Shown in pieces: positions 1 to 11,000 of a stretch of DNA of 61,704 nucleotides. The stretch is taken from assembly GCF_002571385.2 (NCBI RefSeq), contig NW_019218141.1, positions 253,871-315,574 of the forward strand, read 5' to 3'. The notes beneath the pieces were generated by a model. It did no database searches. It saw nothing but the letters and a program-made list of their open reading frames with translations, and was not told the origin of the DNA. Source of the stretch: Stylophora pistillata. Taxonomy: Eukaryota. The position numbers were made by a program, and so were the translations under genes. Every line of letters begins with the position of its first letter. Position 1 is the first letter of the stretch.

Positions 1-350
1 AACTGTATTCTGTAGTTAATGGGTAGCCAATGGAGCCTGTTCAGTGAAGGGGTGATGCGTTCGAAACGACCTACATTGCAGATTAGGCGAGCGGCCGCAT
101 TTTGCACTCTCTGTAGTTTATGTAGTTGGCTGTTAGGCAACCCATATAGCAGGCTATTACAAACGTCCAAACGACTAGTTACAAAAGCATTTACTAGAAT
201 CTTTGTACATTCAAAGTTAGGAAATTTTCTTATCCTTTGATGTTGTATAAGTGAAAAAGTGCGGTTTTACAGATGCTTGAGTGTCCATCTCAAGTTGTCC
301 ATCGAACCAGCAGCCTAGGTTCTTGACTCTGCAGGTTGGAGCGATGCTAC
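1..350 (-). mobile_element. Decayed L2/CR1-clade LINE fragment (C-terminal part of ORF2), running off the window start
   Basis: Minus strand translates, with frameshifts, as VKNLGCWFD...RIRKF...KILVNAFVTSRLDVCNSLLYGLP..QLHKLQRVQNAAARLI...ITPSLNRLHWLPINYRIQ, the post-RT region typical of L2-clade LINEs. Confidence 0.85.
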
Positions 351-621
351 TCAGTTTCACCTGCCGGCATGGAGTCTATGTTGAATTTGGCGAGTTGTTC
401 AGTGTCTCGTTCCGATTACTATGGTCTTATCGTCGTTTAGCCAGTCGGTACGAAAAACTGGATTTTTTAGGACAGGAAGCTCTCTTGTAGGAAATCGGAT
501 TTCAAAAAAAAAAAGAGCAGTGAAAGCAAAATACACCTGTAGACCACTTTAAGTCTGTCTAACTCCGGACATAAAAAAGCGAACTCGTTAATGAACAAGA
601 AGCCGGAAAAAAACACTCGCC

Positions 622-1575
622 CTATCGCGTTTTCCAGGGTTTTGAAATTCCTATCTCAACTGTATAATCAGCAGTTGATACTTTATTCGCCGGTAACCAG
701 TGGCAAATATACATTCGCAGCTCCTGCCTGAATCTTTGACTTTGAAGGGTGTAAACGATCGGATTCAAACACGAGCTTAAACCAACAGGTATGACGCATG
801 CGTGGTAAATTAGGGACCCATATTCTACTAATCCAGGAACGTGATAGGCTACCAAATATGATGTCACGTCTGGAAGCCAACACAATGCGTGAAGCACCGT
901 CACTATTATGGCAATTTTCGTGATTCGCTTGCGTGATTTGACTACCGCCAATGAAGTGCCCGAAGTTATTGATGGGCCCCAAAGGGTTTTCACAGTCTTG
1001 GCGTATAGAACAACCATCAGCACGAGAGGAACTGAGAAGTCCACGACGAAAGTAAAGACGGTGTAAATCTTGCCATGTACAAGTTGAGACCAGTTTTCAA
1101 AGCATGATGAATGATTTTTGTCATAAATCATTACGGTCATTGGAGGAATCTCTGAAAGAATGGAAAAAATCCAACCACAGAGAATAACCGACATTAGTTT
1201 TTTCCTCGGTAATTGTCGTGCAATAGTTCTGGTTCGAGTGGCATAGAAACGTTCGATGGCGATCATAACATGCATGGTAGTAGCAGCGCACCCTCCAACC
1301 CACAAGGTGAACCCGCCTGTAAACAACTTACAAATGAATGTTCCAGCCCATCCATCAGGGTGGGTATATACGGGACGAAGCACATATTGAGGGATCAGAG
1401 ATGTTGCCACCAGAATGTCAGCCAGTGCTAAGTTGAGGAAAAGGTAGTTGATTGTATTCTTCTTGGACTTTGAGCGAATTAAAACAAGCAGTACCAGTAG
1501 GTTTGGAATCAAATTGAAGCTCATTAAGATAGAAAAGACCACCGACAAAATATTTTGCGTTCTGTCAGTTATCAT
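622..1575 (-). CDS. Class A (rhodopsin-like) GPCR, neuropeptide-receptor-like, 317 aa, single coding exon
   Basis: Seven hydrophobic segments; motifs NLALAD (TM2), CK (top of TM3), ERF (DRY position), ECL2 Cys, CWLP (TM6), NPIVY (TM7), FR in helix 8. ATG in gccacaATG context with an in-frame TGA just upstream. Probable 5'UTR intron 1608-1842 (GTAAGA...ctccacAG). Confidence 0.93.
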   Translation of the reverse strand: MITDRTQNILSVVFSILMSFNLIPNLLVLLVLIRSKSKKNTINYLFLNLALADILVATSLIPQYVLRPVYTHPDGWAGTFICKLFTGGFTLWVGGCAATTMHVMIAIERFYATRTRTIARQLPRKKLMSVILCGWIFSILSEIPPMTVMIYDKNHSSCFENWSQLVHGKIYTVFTFVVDFSVPLVLMVVLYAKTVKTLWGPSITSGTSLAVVKSRKRITKIAIIVTVLHALCWLPDVTSYLVAYHVPGLVEYGSLIYHACVIPVGLSSCLNPIVYTLQSQRFRQELRMYICHWLPANKVSTADYTVEIGISKPWKTR

Positions 1576-2261
1576 TGTGGCTCAGTTAAACGAAAAGTGT
1601 TGTTTTTCTGTGGAGAGAAATGTATGATTAGTCCAATATAAAAGATTGAAAAATCTGTGCCGTACTTATTTTTCAAGGAGATTTAAGCTTTTTTCATTTT
1701 GAAAAAATTGTGAGTTTTTTTTCGGATCAACTGAAAATGATTTCACCTGTTCATTGTCTGTCGAATACGATTTATGAAATTTGAAACTCAATAAGTACAC
1801 GGCTCTTTCACTGGAAAAAATACGTCTGTTGGTAAATCTTACCTTTCCGATCAGTGGTTCAATTATAACATACCTGATCCAGGTTTGATTTCTTTTCTGC
1901 TAAAGATGAAATGGTTTCACAAAAGTAATCCCAATGAACGACAAAGCCACCAATAAATTATTCAAATACAAAGGAAGCTAGTGTACTGGACAGGTGTCAA
2001 AACAAATGGCTGACTTAATTTGTCAGACGCAAAGTAAATCTTTGAACTAAGAACGAGCGCTAAGTTGAACACATGGCACGCCAGATTCGTGGTCATTTTT
2101 TAAATAAGCGATGAAGCTACGTCAGTTTTGAATAAAATTTTCCACTCCTTAATTTCTTCTTCGTCATTACATTAAAGTTCTAAAGTTGTTTATCAATATT
2201 GTTTTAATTTTTAAAAGGTCAAAATTGCAACAAGAAACTAAATGTGCTTGAATTGAGCTAA

Positions 2262-2482
2262 CCGCCTCCTGGTTAGCTCAATTGGTTAGAGCGCCGGATT
2301 GTGTGTGCGGGAGGTCGAGGGTTCGAGCCCCGGCCGGACCAATACTCATGGTCTTAAAATAACTGAGGAGAATTTGCTACCTTTCTATAACATCAATGAA
2401 ATGGTTAGATATTCTAGTCTTCTCGGATAAGGACGAATAAATGGAGGTTCCGTCTCCTGCAGGGTTAGGGGTAGGAGACGTT
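2262..2482 (+). mobile_element. tRNA-derived SINE (partial)
   Basis: Pol III A box TAGCTCAATTGGTTAGAGC (~2274) and B box GGTTCGAGCCC (~2320), followed by a non-tRNA body (GGTCTTAAAATAACTGAGGAG...TCTTCTCGGATAAGGACG). No intact acceptor or anticodon stems. Confidence 0.8.
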
Positions 2483-2976
2483 ATCCAAATCTTGAAAAAC
2501 AACATCATTACATATGTTGACAGCAATTTAAAAAGTTCTTGATCGTTTATTTACACAATCTAATTGAATTTATCTGACCTTCTTCCTGATCAAGATTAAA
2601 AATAGGTCAAAAGTAACCAGTTATTTAACTACTTTTGGAAGGCAAAGTGTAGCTCTTTTCGATCGCCAAAGGATTTTTTGGCGAAATGATTCAGTCCGAT
2701 TTAAATCAAATTTTAAAGTTGGATAAAATGAGCTGATTTTACACATTTACACGCAAACGCAATTGTTTCTCATTTTACATCCAATCTACAGTTTATTTAA
2801 CATAATATCATCTTACCGTCCATATTGCTGTATCACAAAATGAGATTGCAGTCCTGAAATTGTTGCATCGATCTCATAATAGCGATATGGCTTAGCAGGG
2901 TAGTCAACACTTCCCGATAATGATTGTTTACAAAGCGTACCTCGGTGTTTCTCTATTTCCATTTTGTTGAAAAGGA

Positions 2977-3742
2977 GGCTGACGTGGGACGTGGGACTCG
3001 GAGACGTGAGACTCAGGACTCGGGAACGCCGGGGACTCGGAGAGGCCGGGACGCCGGGACTCGCGGAAGTTGGACGCGAGGAAGAAGGACGCGAGGAAGT
3101 CGGGACTCGGTGACGCACGGGGACTCAGAGACGTGATAAACAAACAACACCTGATTCCAGAAAATCGATGCGAACCTATTACAACAGACGAGATTGAGTT
3201 GTCTACCTTCGATGATCTATTGCGAATCGTAAGGAATAAATGAGAGTGTTTACAATTTAATTCTGATGAAGAATTGCGGATTCAGTACGAGGACCATGAC
3301 GATGCTTTCGTCGCAAAGAAATCGCAACATGCGTCCGTTGTAGTTACTTCGCATCGATCTTCCAGAAAAGAAAGTAAAATAAATTGCTAAAACTCTAATT
3401 TATTAATTCTTCATCAGGAATGAATTGTTAACACTGGAGTTCTACTGAATCCGCAATTTTTCATCAGGAATAAATTGTGGACACTCTAATTTATTCCTTA
3501 CGATTCGCATCAGATCATCAAAGGCAGACACCTCAGTTTCGTCCGTTGACGCTACAGATAACTGTTACGCACGTCTCCAGAAAAACAGTCGACTTGTTTC
3601 GGTAGTATAATACCTTTCTCGAGACCACCAAAAATTATGTTACAAACTCAGCGCAAAAATCAGGTGTTGTTTGTTTACCACGTCTCCGAGTCCCGACTTC
3701 CTCGCGTCCCGGCGTCCCCGAGTCCTACCTTTAGTCACAGCC
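2977..3742. mobile_element. Non-autonomous foldback DNA element with GGGACTC/GGGACGC subterminal repeats and an internal inverted duplication
   Basis: Left arm 2977-3156 is inverted relative to 3658-3742 (GGACGCGAGGAAGTCGGGACTCGG...AAACAAACAACACCTGATT). A second inverted pair lies at 3182-3287 / 3443-3548. Confidence 0.8.
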
Positions 3743-4578
3743 AAGTTAAAGACAAATTTTAATAAAAGCGAACGGTTTGATCCATCAATGTATTTAAAAA
3801 ATGAAGTTACAAGTTTTCTATACACTATTATATCTATACGGCGCGTCATTGATGCACTTGTGACAAGGCTAAGCTAAATTATCCAGGGGCTCTTTGAATC
3901 AAATTTTTGCCCCCAAATGCGTTTCTTAACATTATTGCCGCTTACGACGGTATTCCATGACTAATTAAATTATTAATGAACAGAACATGTTGAGACGCTG
4001 TGGCGGGTCTTTGTTTGAAAACCATCGCTTGTAACAACCTCACTAGCTTCAAACTTCATCCTTAAAATGTTCTTTAACCGCAGGAAGTCATTCAAAAACG
4101 CGCACACATAGAAACTTGATTTTAATTATCAGACTGGTGAAGAAATCATTATCAAAACTAACCAACGGAGACTGTCTTCGAATAACACGGAGCTGTCCCT
4201 GGGTATTAAAAAGCCACTGGAGACCTTACAATTCTCTGAAGAATATAAGAACGCCATTCCATTTCAGGGGGAACAGAAGGCACAGTCGGAAATGTGATGG
4301 GAAAAAAGCAATAGCCATTGCTGTTTTAATACGAGATTCTCCGAGAAAGGGGTATCGTGGAGGAACAAACGGTTAGCTCCACGGTAGCCACAGTTTTATC
4401 ACTTCTCTTTCAAGAAGGGACCTAACGGTAGTTGTCATTAACAAATTTAACCGTGTTCCAGAACTTCCCTCTGAAGCCATACACTCTTCAAAGAATTCTT
4501 AAAATTCTCCATTGTTTGAACACGCTCATGCTCAGAGAGTCCATTCTGAGAGAAAGCGACTCCGCACGAATACATATA

Positions 4579-4698
4579 TCTTATGAGACGTTTTGTTGTG
4601 TAGTATCGCTGAGTATTTTTACGAGTTATGCCGTATTTTGACGAGCCCGTTGGCCGAGTCAAAATACAATGAGTAAAAATACTCAGCGACACTACACA

Positions 4699-4729
<31 letters not shown>

Positions 4730-4833
4730 GGACGCCAAGTTATTTCAGTGCGGGCGAATTTCGCGGATATTTCTTGATATTTGTACTCGTCTCGTGCGTT
4801 ATTTGTACTCTGCGAGGCACAGTTGGATAATAA
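4579..4833. repeat. Hairpin-forming dispersed repeat (Crypton-like terminus); related copy in opposite orientation at ~16180-16352
   Basis: ~44-bp inverted arms 4579-4622 / 4673-4716. Shares TTATTATCCA...TTTCAGTGC.GGCGAATTT and the hairpin with the reverse complement of 16180-16352. Confidence 0.7.
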
Positions 4834-5023
4834 AGCCCAGTATTTTCTGGTAAGTCGAATTCAGTTGGGTATATCATGTACGGCTCCATCCATGGGGACA
4901 AGCTCTAAGTTTCATTTGCCATCATCTGTTTATGAAGCTGTAATAATTCTCTAAAATAACACCATAATTTCTTATCAGTAATTATACTATGAGTCATGGA
5001 ATAAAACCTAGGACGGAGGAACG

Positions 5024-8000
5024 TCACATTTTTGTCTGTATAATCATTTTCTGTGCAATGGCCGCATATTCCTTGTGTCCAGAGGAACCTTTCTGTTTGA
5101 CGTACTCCAGTGTGCGTATCTGTTGAAGAAACAAAACAAAGAAATAAACAAAGCCATGAAGATTTCCTCACATTGCTGATGGTAATTTGGGGGTTTGTGA
5201 AGGTTAGTAGCAATTACAGAGGCTTTAAACGATTTACAAATTGTATTGACATGCACCAACCTAAATGACAGATTGAAAAATGATACTTTAGGGTACAATA
5301 TTTTATTCATTGACTTATATCTTCGTGTAGTTGCAATGATTATCTCATTTTTGCTGCACTGCGCTGGCAGCTTCAGTCAGCAGTAATAGTCGGTAACTGC
5401 CTTCGCTAGTCTGTGAGCTCTGTCTCTTTTGATTATCATGTGTGACTAGAGTACTAAAGTATTTGTACTTACTGTGTATTTGGTATTTCCGTAGCCATGT
5501 TTCTGAGCGAGATTCCACAAATTAAGGGCCAAGGTAGCTAGCTGAGGTCGTGAGAGATCAGCATGACATAACAGCCTTGAAAACAAAACAAAAAAATTTG
5601 TCCAGTTGAGTACTCTGATTAAAAGGACTAACATCCTGTTCAACAACAGTGACACTCAAAATTGATCAAAAGATGACTAACGCAAAGAGAAAGCATCACA
5701 TTTCTTTTGAGAGTCAACATGGAAAAATTCAAAACGTTTTCAATCACTACCGCCGAACAGACGACAATGAGCATGGAGTATTTGTAACAGGTTAGCTGAA
5801 TCCAAGTGCTTGTTTTGTCAATAGTTGCACCATGATACAGACATCTAACCCTCACTACTGCGAAGTTTATTCTTATTCGCAGACAAATGCATAATCTAGA
5901 TTTACTTTTGCTAACCTGTTGAAGAACCCGATAGCTATAGCGGCCTGCTTTTTGAGCTCCTAACAAGAAAGGACACAAAAAGACAGTGCCAGTGACAGTA
6001 AATACATAGCATTTGTACAAACACTGTTTCTGCCTCAACACTACCAAGGTTTTTTTCAGTGTTTCGCAGAATTCTAAACCTAGTCCGTAAAAGGGAGCCT
6101 GGGAAGTAAACAAGGTCTCGGGACGTAAATGCTCCTGATTTAATCAATAAAAAATTAGGAGTACCCCATATGTAATAATGAATCCCTTTAGGTCACGCGA
6201 TAGTCAAAATAACCAAAATGTCATTTGACTTTCTAGTAGACTTACCTCTTCGGAGGTCAATGACTTTAGGTGTTCAAACACTGCTTCTATTAGAGTAGAA
6301 ACTAGTCGATTTATCTCTGCCAGAAATTTCTTATCACAACCGTACAATCTGTCGTTCGAATCCACTGAAAACAAACAAACGAATAAACCAAAGAAAAAGA
6401 AACATACAAATTATTTTGTGAAATTAACTTACCGATACTTGCTTTCTTTAATTGACAATTTTTTCAACAAGCACTAATTCTTCTGTGTTCTTTATTTTCC
6501 TCGTTATCGAACAGCGATATTGTTTGTTGATATTGAAGGAGAAAACGGGTGGTAATACAGACGTTCAGTTTGAGAACTTAATTACCTACCTTTATCAGCA
6601 TGATATAAGAAATATTCCTGCAAAAAGAGATGAAAATTTCAGCCATTTTCCGTTTCTTTGAATAACCACGCGCACTCGAAGGATCATACAAATTCAGTGA
6701 TACAGAAACCCACCTGACTCATGGCGGAGAGAAGACTGACGGCATTTAGGTAAATACTCATTTTGGCGCCGCTGTTTAATTCCCAAGTGTACTCCTGTAC
6801 AACATTAAGCAGGCTTCGAACAAGATACAACGCACCTTGATCCGGCGAGTCCTTGAGAAAAAAAAAAAAAACAAGAACACCTCACAAGATAAGTGCACTG
6901 TTCACAAGAGCAATACTCAGTTAGGTGACAAAGGTAATCCGGGACTGCATTGGTTCCACCTTACGACGAACTATGACTATTCTAGAAAGGTTACGTTTTA
7001 TATTCAGCCAATCAAATGCAAGCCTAAAATCATGACGTAATCAGTATTTCCCACGCTCGTCTTCATTTCTCATTGGCTCCTTGTTCCATTTCTGTTCTGT
7101 TTTGACTGGCGGTTCTGATAACTTGGGTTTTGTTTTCGAGATACTCGGTCAAAATTGGCTCCCAACACTACTACAGTTATCATTACTAGCAAGAGCTGCA
7201 GTTATAATATCGGACAAACATACCGGTACTACCAACAAGGTAGAGAAAAAATTGTTCATGTAGGCAAGTAAGTATGACTCCGAAGATTTCACCTTGTGGT
7301 CAATTTCTAGAAAAAAAGAAAAGAAAGAAAACACAAACAAACAACCATCGAAGTTTTCGCTTGTTTGACATCTCAATTTGACATAATTCGACTTGTGTTT
7401 CTCTAACTTTTCAAGGTTAAATATAAATGTAGTGATGTTGTATTCAGGGGAAAGGATCAACAAAAGCTACACGCCGAAAGTAACACAATTATACAAAATA
7501 ACTTAGGAAAATAACGTTAACAGTAGTTTTTATTTTCGTTTAATTGTTACTTTCTCCTTGAGTATTTCTCACGAGGAGAACGCACAGGGTAACTGGTTTG
7601 TTGTTCTGAGTCAGTTATCTCACCGATCGTTCGAGGCACATCAGCAACAAGACTAATGGCCGCTCCGAAAAATGCATCCGCTGAAACGTGAAATACAAAT
7701 TGCGTTACATCGTTTAATTATACAATCTTTCATTTCAATCAGCAACAATTTCAACCCAAGAAACGACTTAAACCATCGCTAAGAAGCATTGATTTTAATT
7801 TCCGTTTAACCACATGGTTTAACAGTGGCTAACGGAGATGTGCATGCATATCCTTAAGAGATCTGCTGACCTTGACTGAGGGCTTGATTTGCCAGGGCAA
7901 CCTGTCCAGAGTGGAGGTAGAGCTTGAGGCGAGTGAAAACGTCATCTATGGAGGGGATGGTAATGAAACAGAACGCCACACAAGCCTGTTGGGAACAGGG

Positions 8001-11000
8001 CATAGCAATGTTTAGTCAATTCATTGCAAGTACTGAGATCAATCAAGCAAACGCTCTCCTCTTACTCTGATGAAGGCCGCAGTCTTTCGAGTGTGGTTCC
8101 CTTTTACTACTTCTCGAGTCCTCATAGCGAGAAGATTAACACTCTGTTAACAAAGGAAAGAGACATAAGAGCACCGTTATGGCTACAGTAAACAACTGGC
8201 GCCGATTGCCTCTGAAGCACACGTGTACTGGTAGGTATGATTTCACAAAAGTGAATGTCTCAAAACTCCTTTCAATCAAATACAAAACTTAAACCGAATC
8301 TCAAAACAAGCAGTTGGCTGGTTTCTATTTTGAGTTCTCACTGACACCTTGGGATATTTTGCTCTGCTGTATGCCGTATATTTCAGTTTTTGCTTGTCGA
8401 CTCTGGTCGCTTCGCGCTATAAGCAAGATTGGATTACCTCAACAAGCATAACAAGAACTGTTTCTAGACTTGAGAAAGAGGAACGTGCATCCACATAAGA
8501 ATCCAGTTGCCTCTCAAAATCACGGCCAAAGTCAATCTGAAACGGTAACTAAACCAATTATTATCAAATGAACACTGACTTTGAATTCGAAAGAAAATCA
8601 TGATGCTACTGCTTTTACGGCAAAATTTCAGTCTTTTTTTAATCAAAGACAACATACGTACAACACTCTTCGTTTCCTATCAGAGCTCTACCATCGACCT
8701 TCAGTCACAAATGAAAAACAAATTGGTGTAAATCATTGAGCCGAATTACAATCCCAATATCTTACCTTACGCAGGAATCCTGTGATTAGATGACCGATGA
8801 CTCTTCTCTCATCTATCAAGGTCAATGCACTGATGACAAAAGCGACAAGCATCTCATTTGATAATTCTAATTTTTTTTATCTTCTAAAATAGAATAACCA
8901 TACTTTTTAACTAAGAATAACTACTGCGATGACAAACTCTTGGGTACTTACTTTACAGAGTCGTGCATCGTTTTACAAACGTACAGCAAAGCGTTCACAA
9001 CTACAGGGTCATTTGTAGGTTCCTCTTGGTATCTGTGAAGGTGACCATAGTTTTTTTATTCTCACAAGTTAAATTTAAAGTAAGCAACAATTTCATTCAC
9101 CTTGTTAAACAGGCGTAATTCTTTGGCAATTGTCAGTCGAAAGCACGCAAGCATGAGGGAAACGCGGGAAGAACCCAAGGCGAACACAAAGGACAAGTCA
9201 CTCCAGAAAAAAACAATAACGATCGGATATTCATCAAAGAGCAAAATTGCAATAGTTGCTGCAGAAACTCACACAAGCATGCCCATAACTTTAGCCACTC
9301 ACTTCACAAAAGCTTCCAGGATCAGTTTGCAAACATCCACTTTTATTGATTCTTTTTGGAACATGTCCAAGAAAGGAAGAAACTTATCCTGTAAAATACA
9401 CACATAGTTAACCGGTTTAAGTACTTCTACACGAAAGAGACATTTGTTTTGTTGGAAAGGAAAAGAAATCAAACGTTCAGAAGTACACTTACCATTGATA
9501 CAAGTACAGAGAAGTCGTGCATGTGATCTAATACTTTGGAAATGATCGACTGAAGCTGTTGGAAACAGAGATAACGTTTATTATTATTGTTGTTATTTTC
9601 ATTGTTCATTTTCATTTGCCACCTTGAACCTACAAATAATATAATGGAAATAATGAACCAAACAAAAACAGAATAAAGCAAAACAACAAAAGGGAAAAAA
9701 TGGAATCAAGGGATAGAAGAATCTAAGGAAGACCGTACTTTTGAAATTTTTATCAAGAGTTTTCTCACTTGTTGAATTAGAGATTTTTAATGCCTGGGCT
9801 GAAAGTCTGAGGATCTTGATACTGAAGTGACAAAAGCTCAGCTTTAAGTTGTTTTCGCATTGCGGGGACTTGAAAATAACTTTTCCGTTGATCAGGTTTT
9901 CACAGTGGCAAAGGCTTTTACAAGGCAAGGTTATTCCTCTGTAATGGAACCTGCATTCAGATTTAATACCTTTACCAATGCATGGGGTTGTTTATCTTAA
10001 AAAGAATTCTATTTTGCAGCAATACCTGAGGGTAGTGTTGTTCAAATGCCCTTTCCGGTGTCATATGCTTGATAACGTCTCCGATGAGGGTATTAACCTC
10101 GCGTTTCTAAAGATAGTTTTCAGTCATAAACATACCTGGATCAATGTTTAGTCCTTCACAAATAACTGAATGCACAAATAAAGCGTTGAAAAATTGTATT
10201 TTAGATTTATTTAATGAAACCTGTTCGGCGTTAAGGGATTGAGTTTCGATTCCTGTGTCGATATGTTTTGAACAGCGGAGCCACACGAGTTTTATCAATT
10301 CACATATATATTAAGACTTGCTCCAGTATCCTTTTTGTCTGCAATTAACCCAGGATTGCTGCTAGTTGGTTTTCGTGCAACTCTGATTGGTTTTCCGAAC
10401 CAGAGATAACAAGAAACCTTAACTAAGTCAGTAGTTGTTTAGTTAAACTTAGTGCCTCCAAGAGGGATGCCTTCAACGCTGCTAAGAGGACAGTTCAGTT
10501 AGAACTCCGTCACATGCAGGACGATTGGTACAGCCGGCAAGCAGACACCATCCAGGGTTACGCTGATATCAAGGACATAAAGAACTTCTACACCGCCATC
10601 AAGGCCGTCTACGGTCCCACCATATCCAGTTCACCCCCTCTCCTCAGCGCAGATGGGAAGACACTGATATCAGACAAGGGGAAGATCCTTGAGCGCTGGG
10701 CAGAACACTTCCACAGTGTCCTTAACCGCCCCTCGAACATCAACGAGGAAGCCATCGATCGTCTCCCGCAAGTCCCAATCAACAACACACTAACTGACCC
10801 ACCCACAGAGGCAGAAGTCGCAAAAGCAATCAAACGACTCTCCAGTGGCAAGGCACCTGGTGCTGACTCCATTCCTGCGGAGGTCTATGCTGCTGGCGGC
10901 CCAAAGCTGATCGAGTGTCTCACCAGCCTCTTCGCCACCATATGGACTCAGGAAAAGCTGCCACAGGAGCTCAAAGACGCCTCCATCATCCACCTCTATA

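Noticed and set aside
2262-2340. Functional tRNA gene
   Set aside because: A and B boxes are present, but acceptor and anticodon stems do not pair properly and the sequence runs into a SINE body without a T-run terminator.
2813-3143. Overlapping R/G/S/P-rich ORFs of 70-101 aa
   Set aside because: By-products of the GC-rich subterminal repeats of the foldback element.
2977-3156. CRISPR-like array
   Set aside because: Units are 7-15 bp degenerate repeats without unique spacers; the context is eukaryotic with no cas genes.
6990-7150. CCAAT-box cluster as a promoter (also 13830-14035)
   Set aside because: Intronic, and the same CCAATCA/TGATTGG-rich pattern recurs at several loci, so it is a dispersed repeat family.
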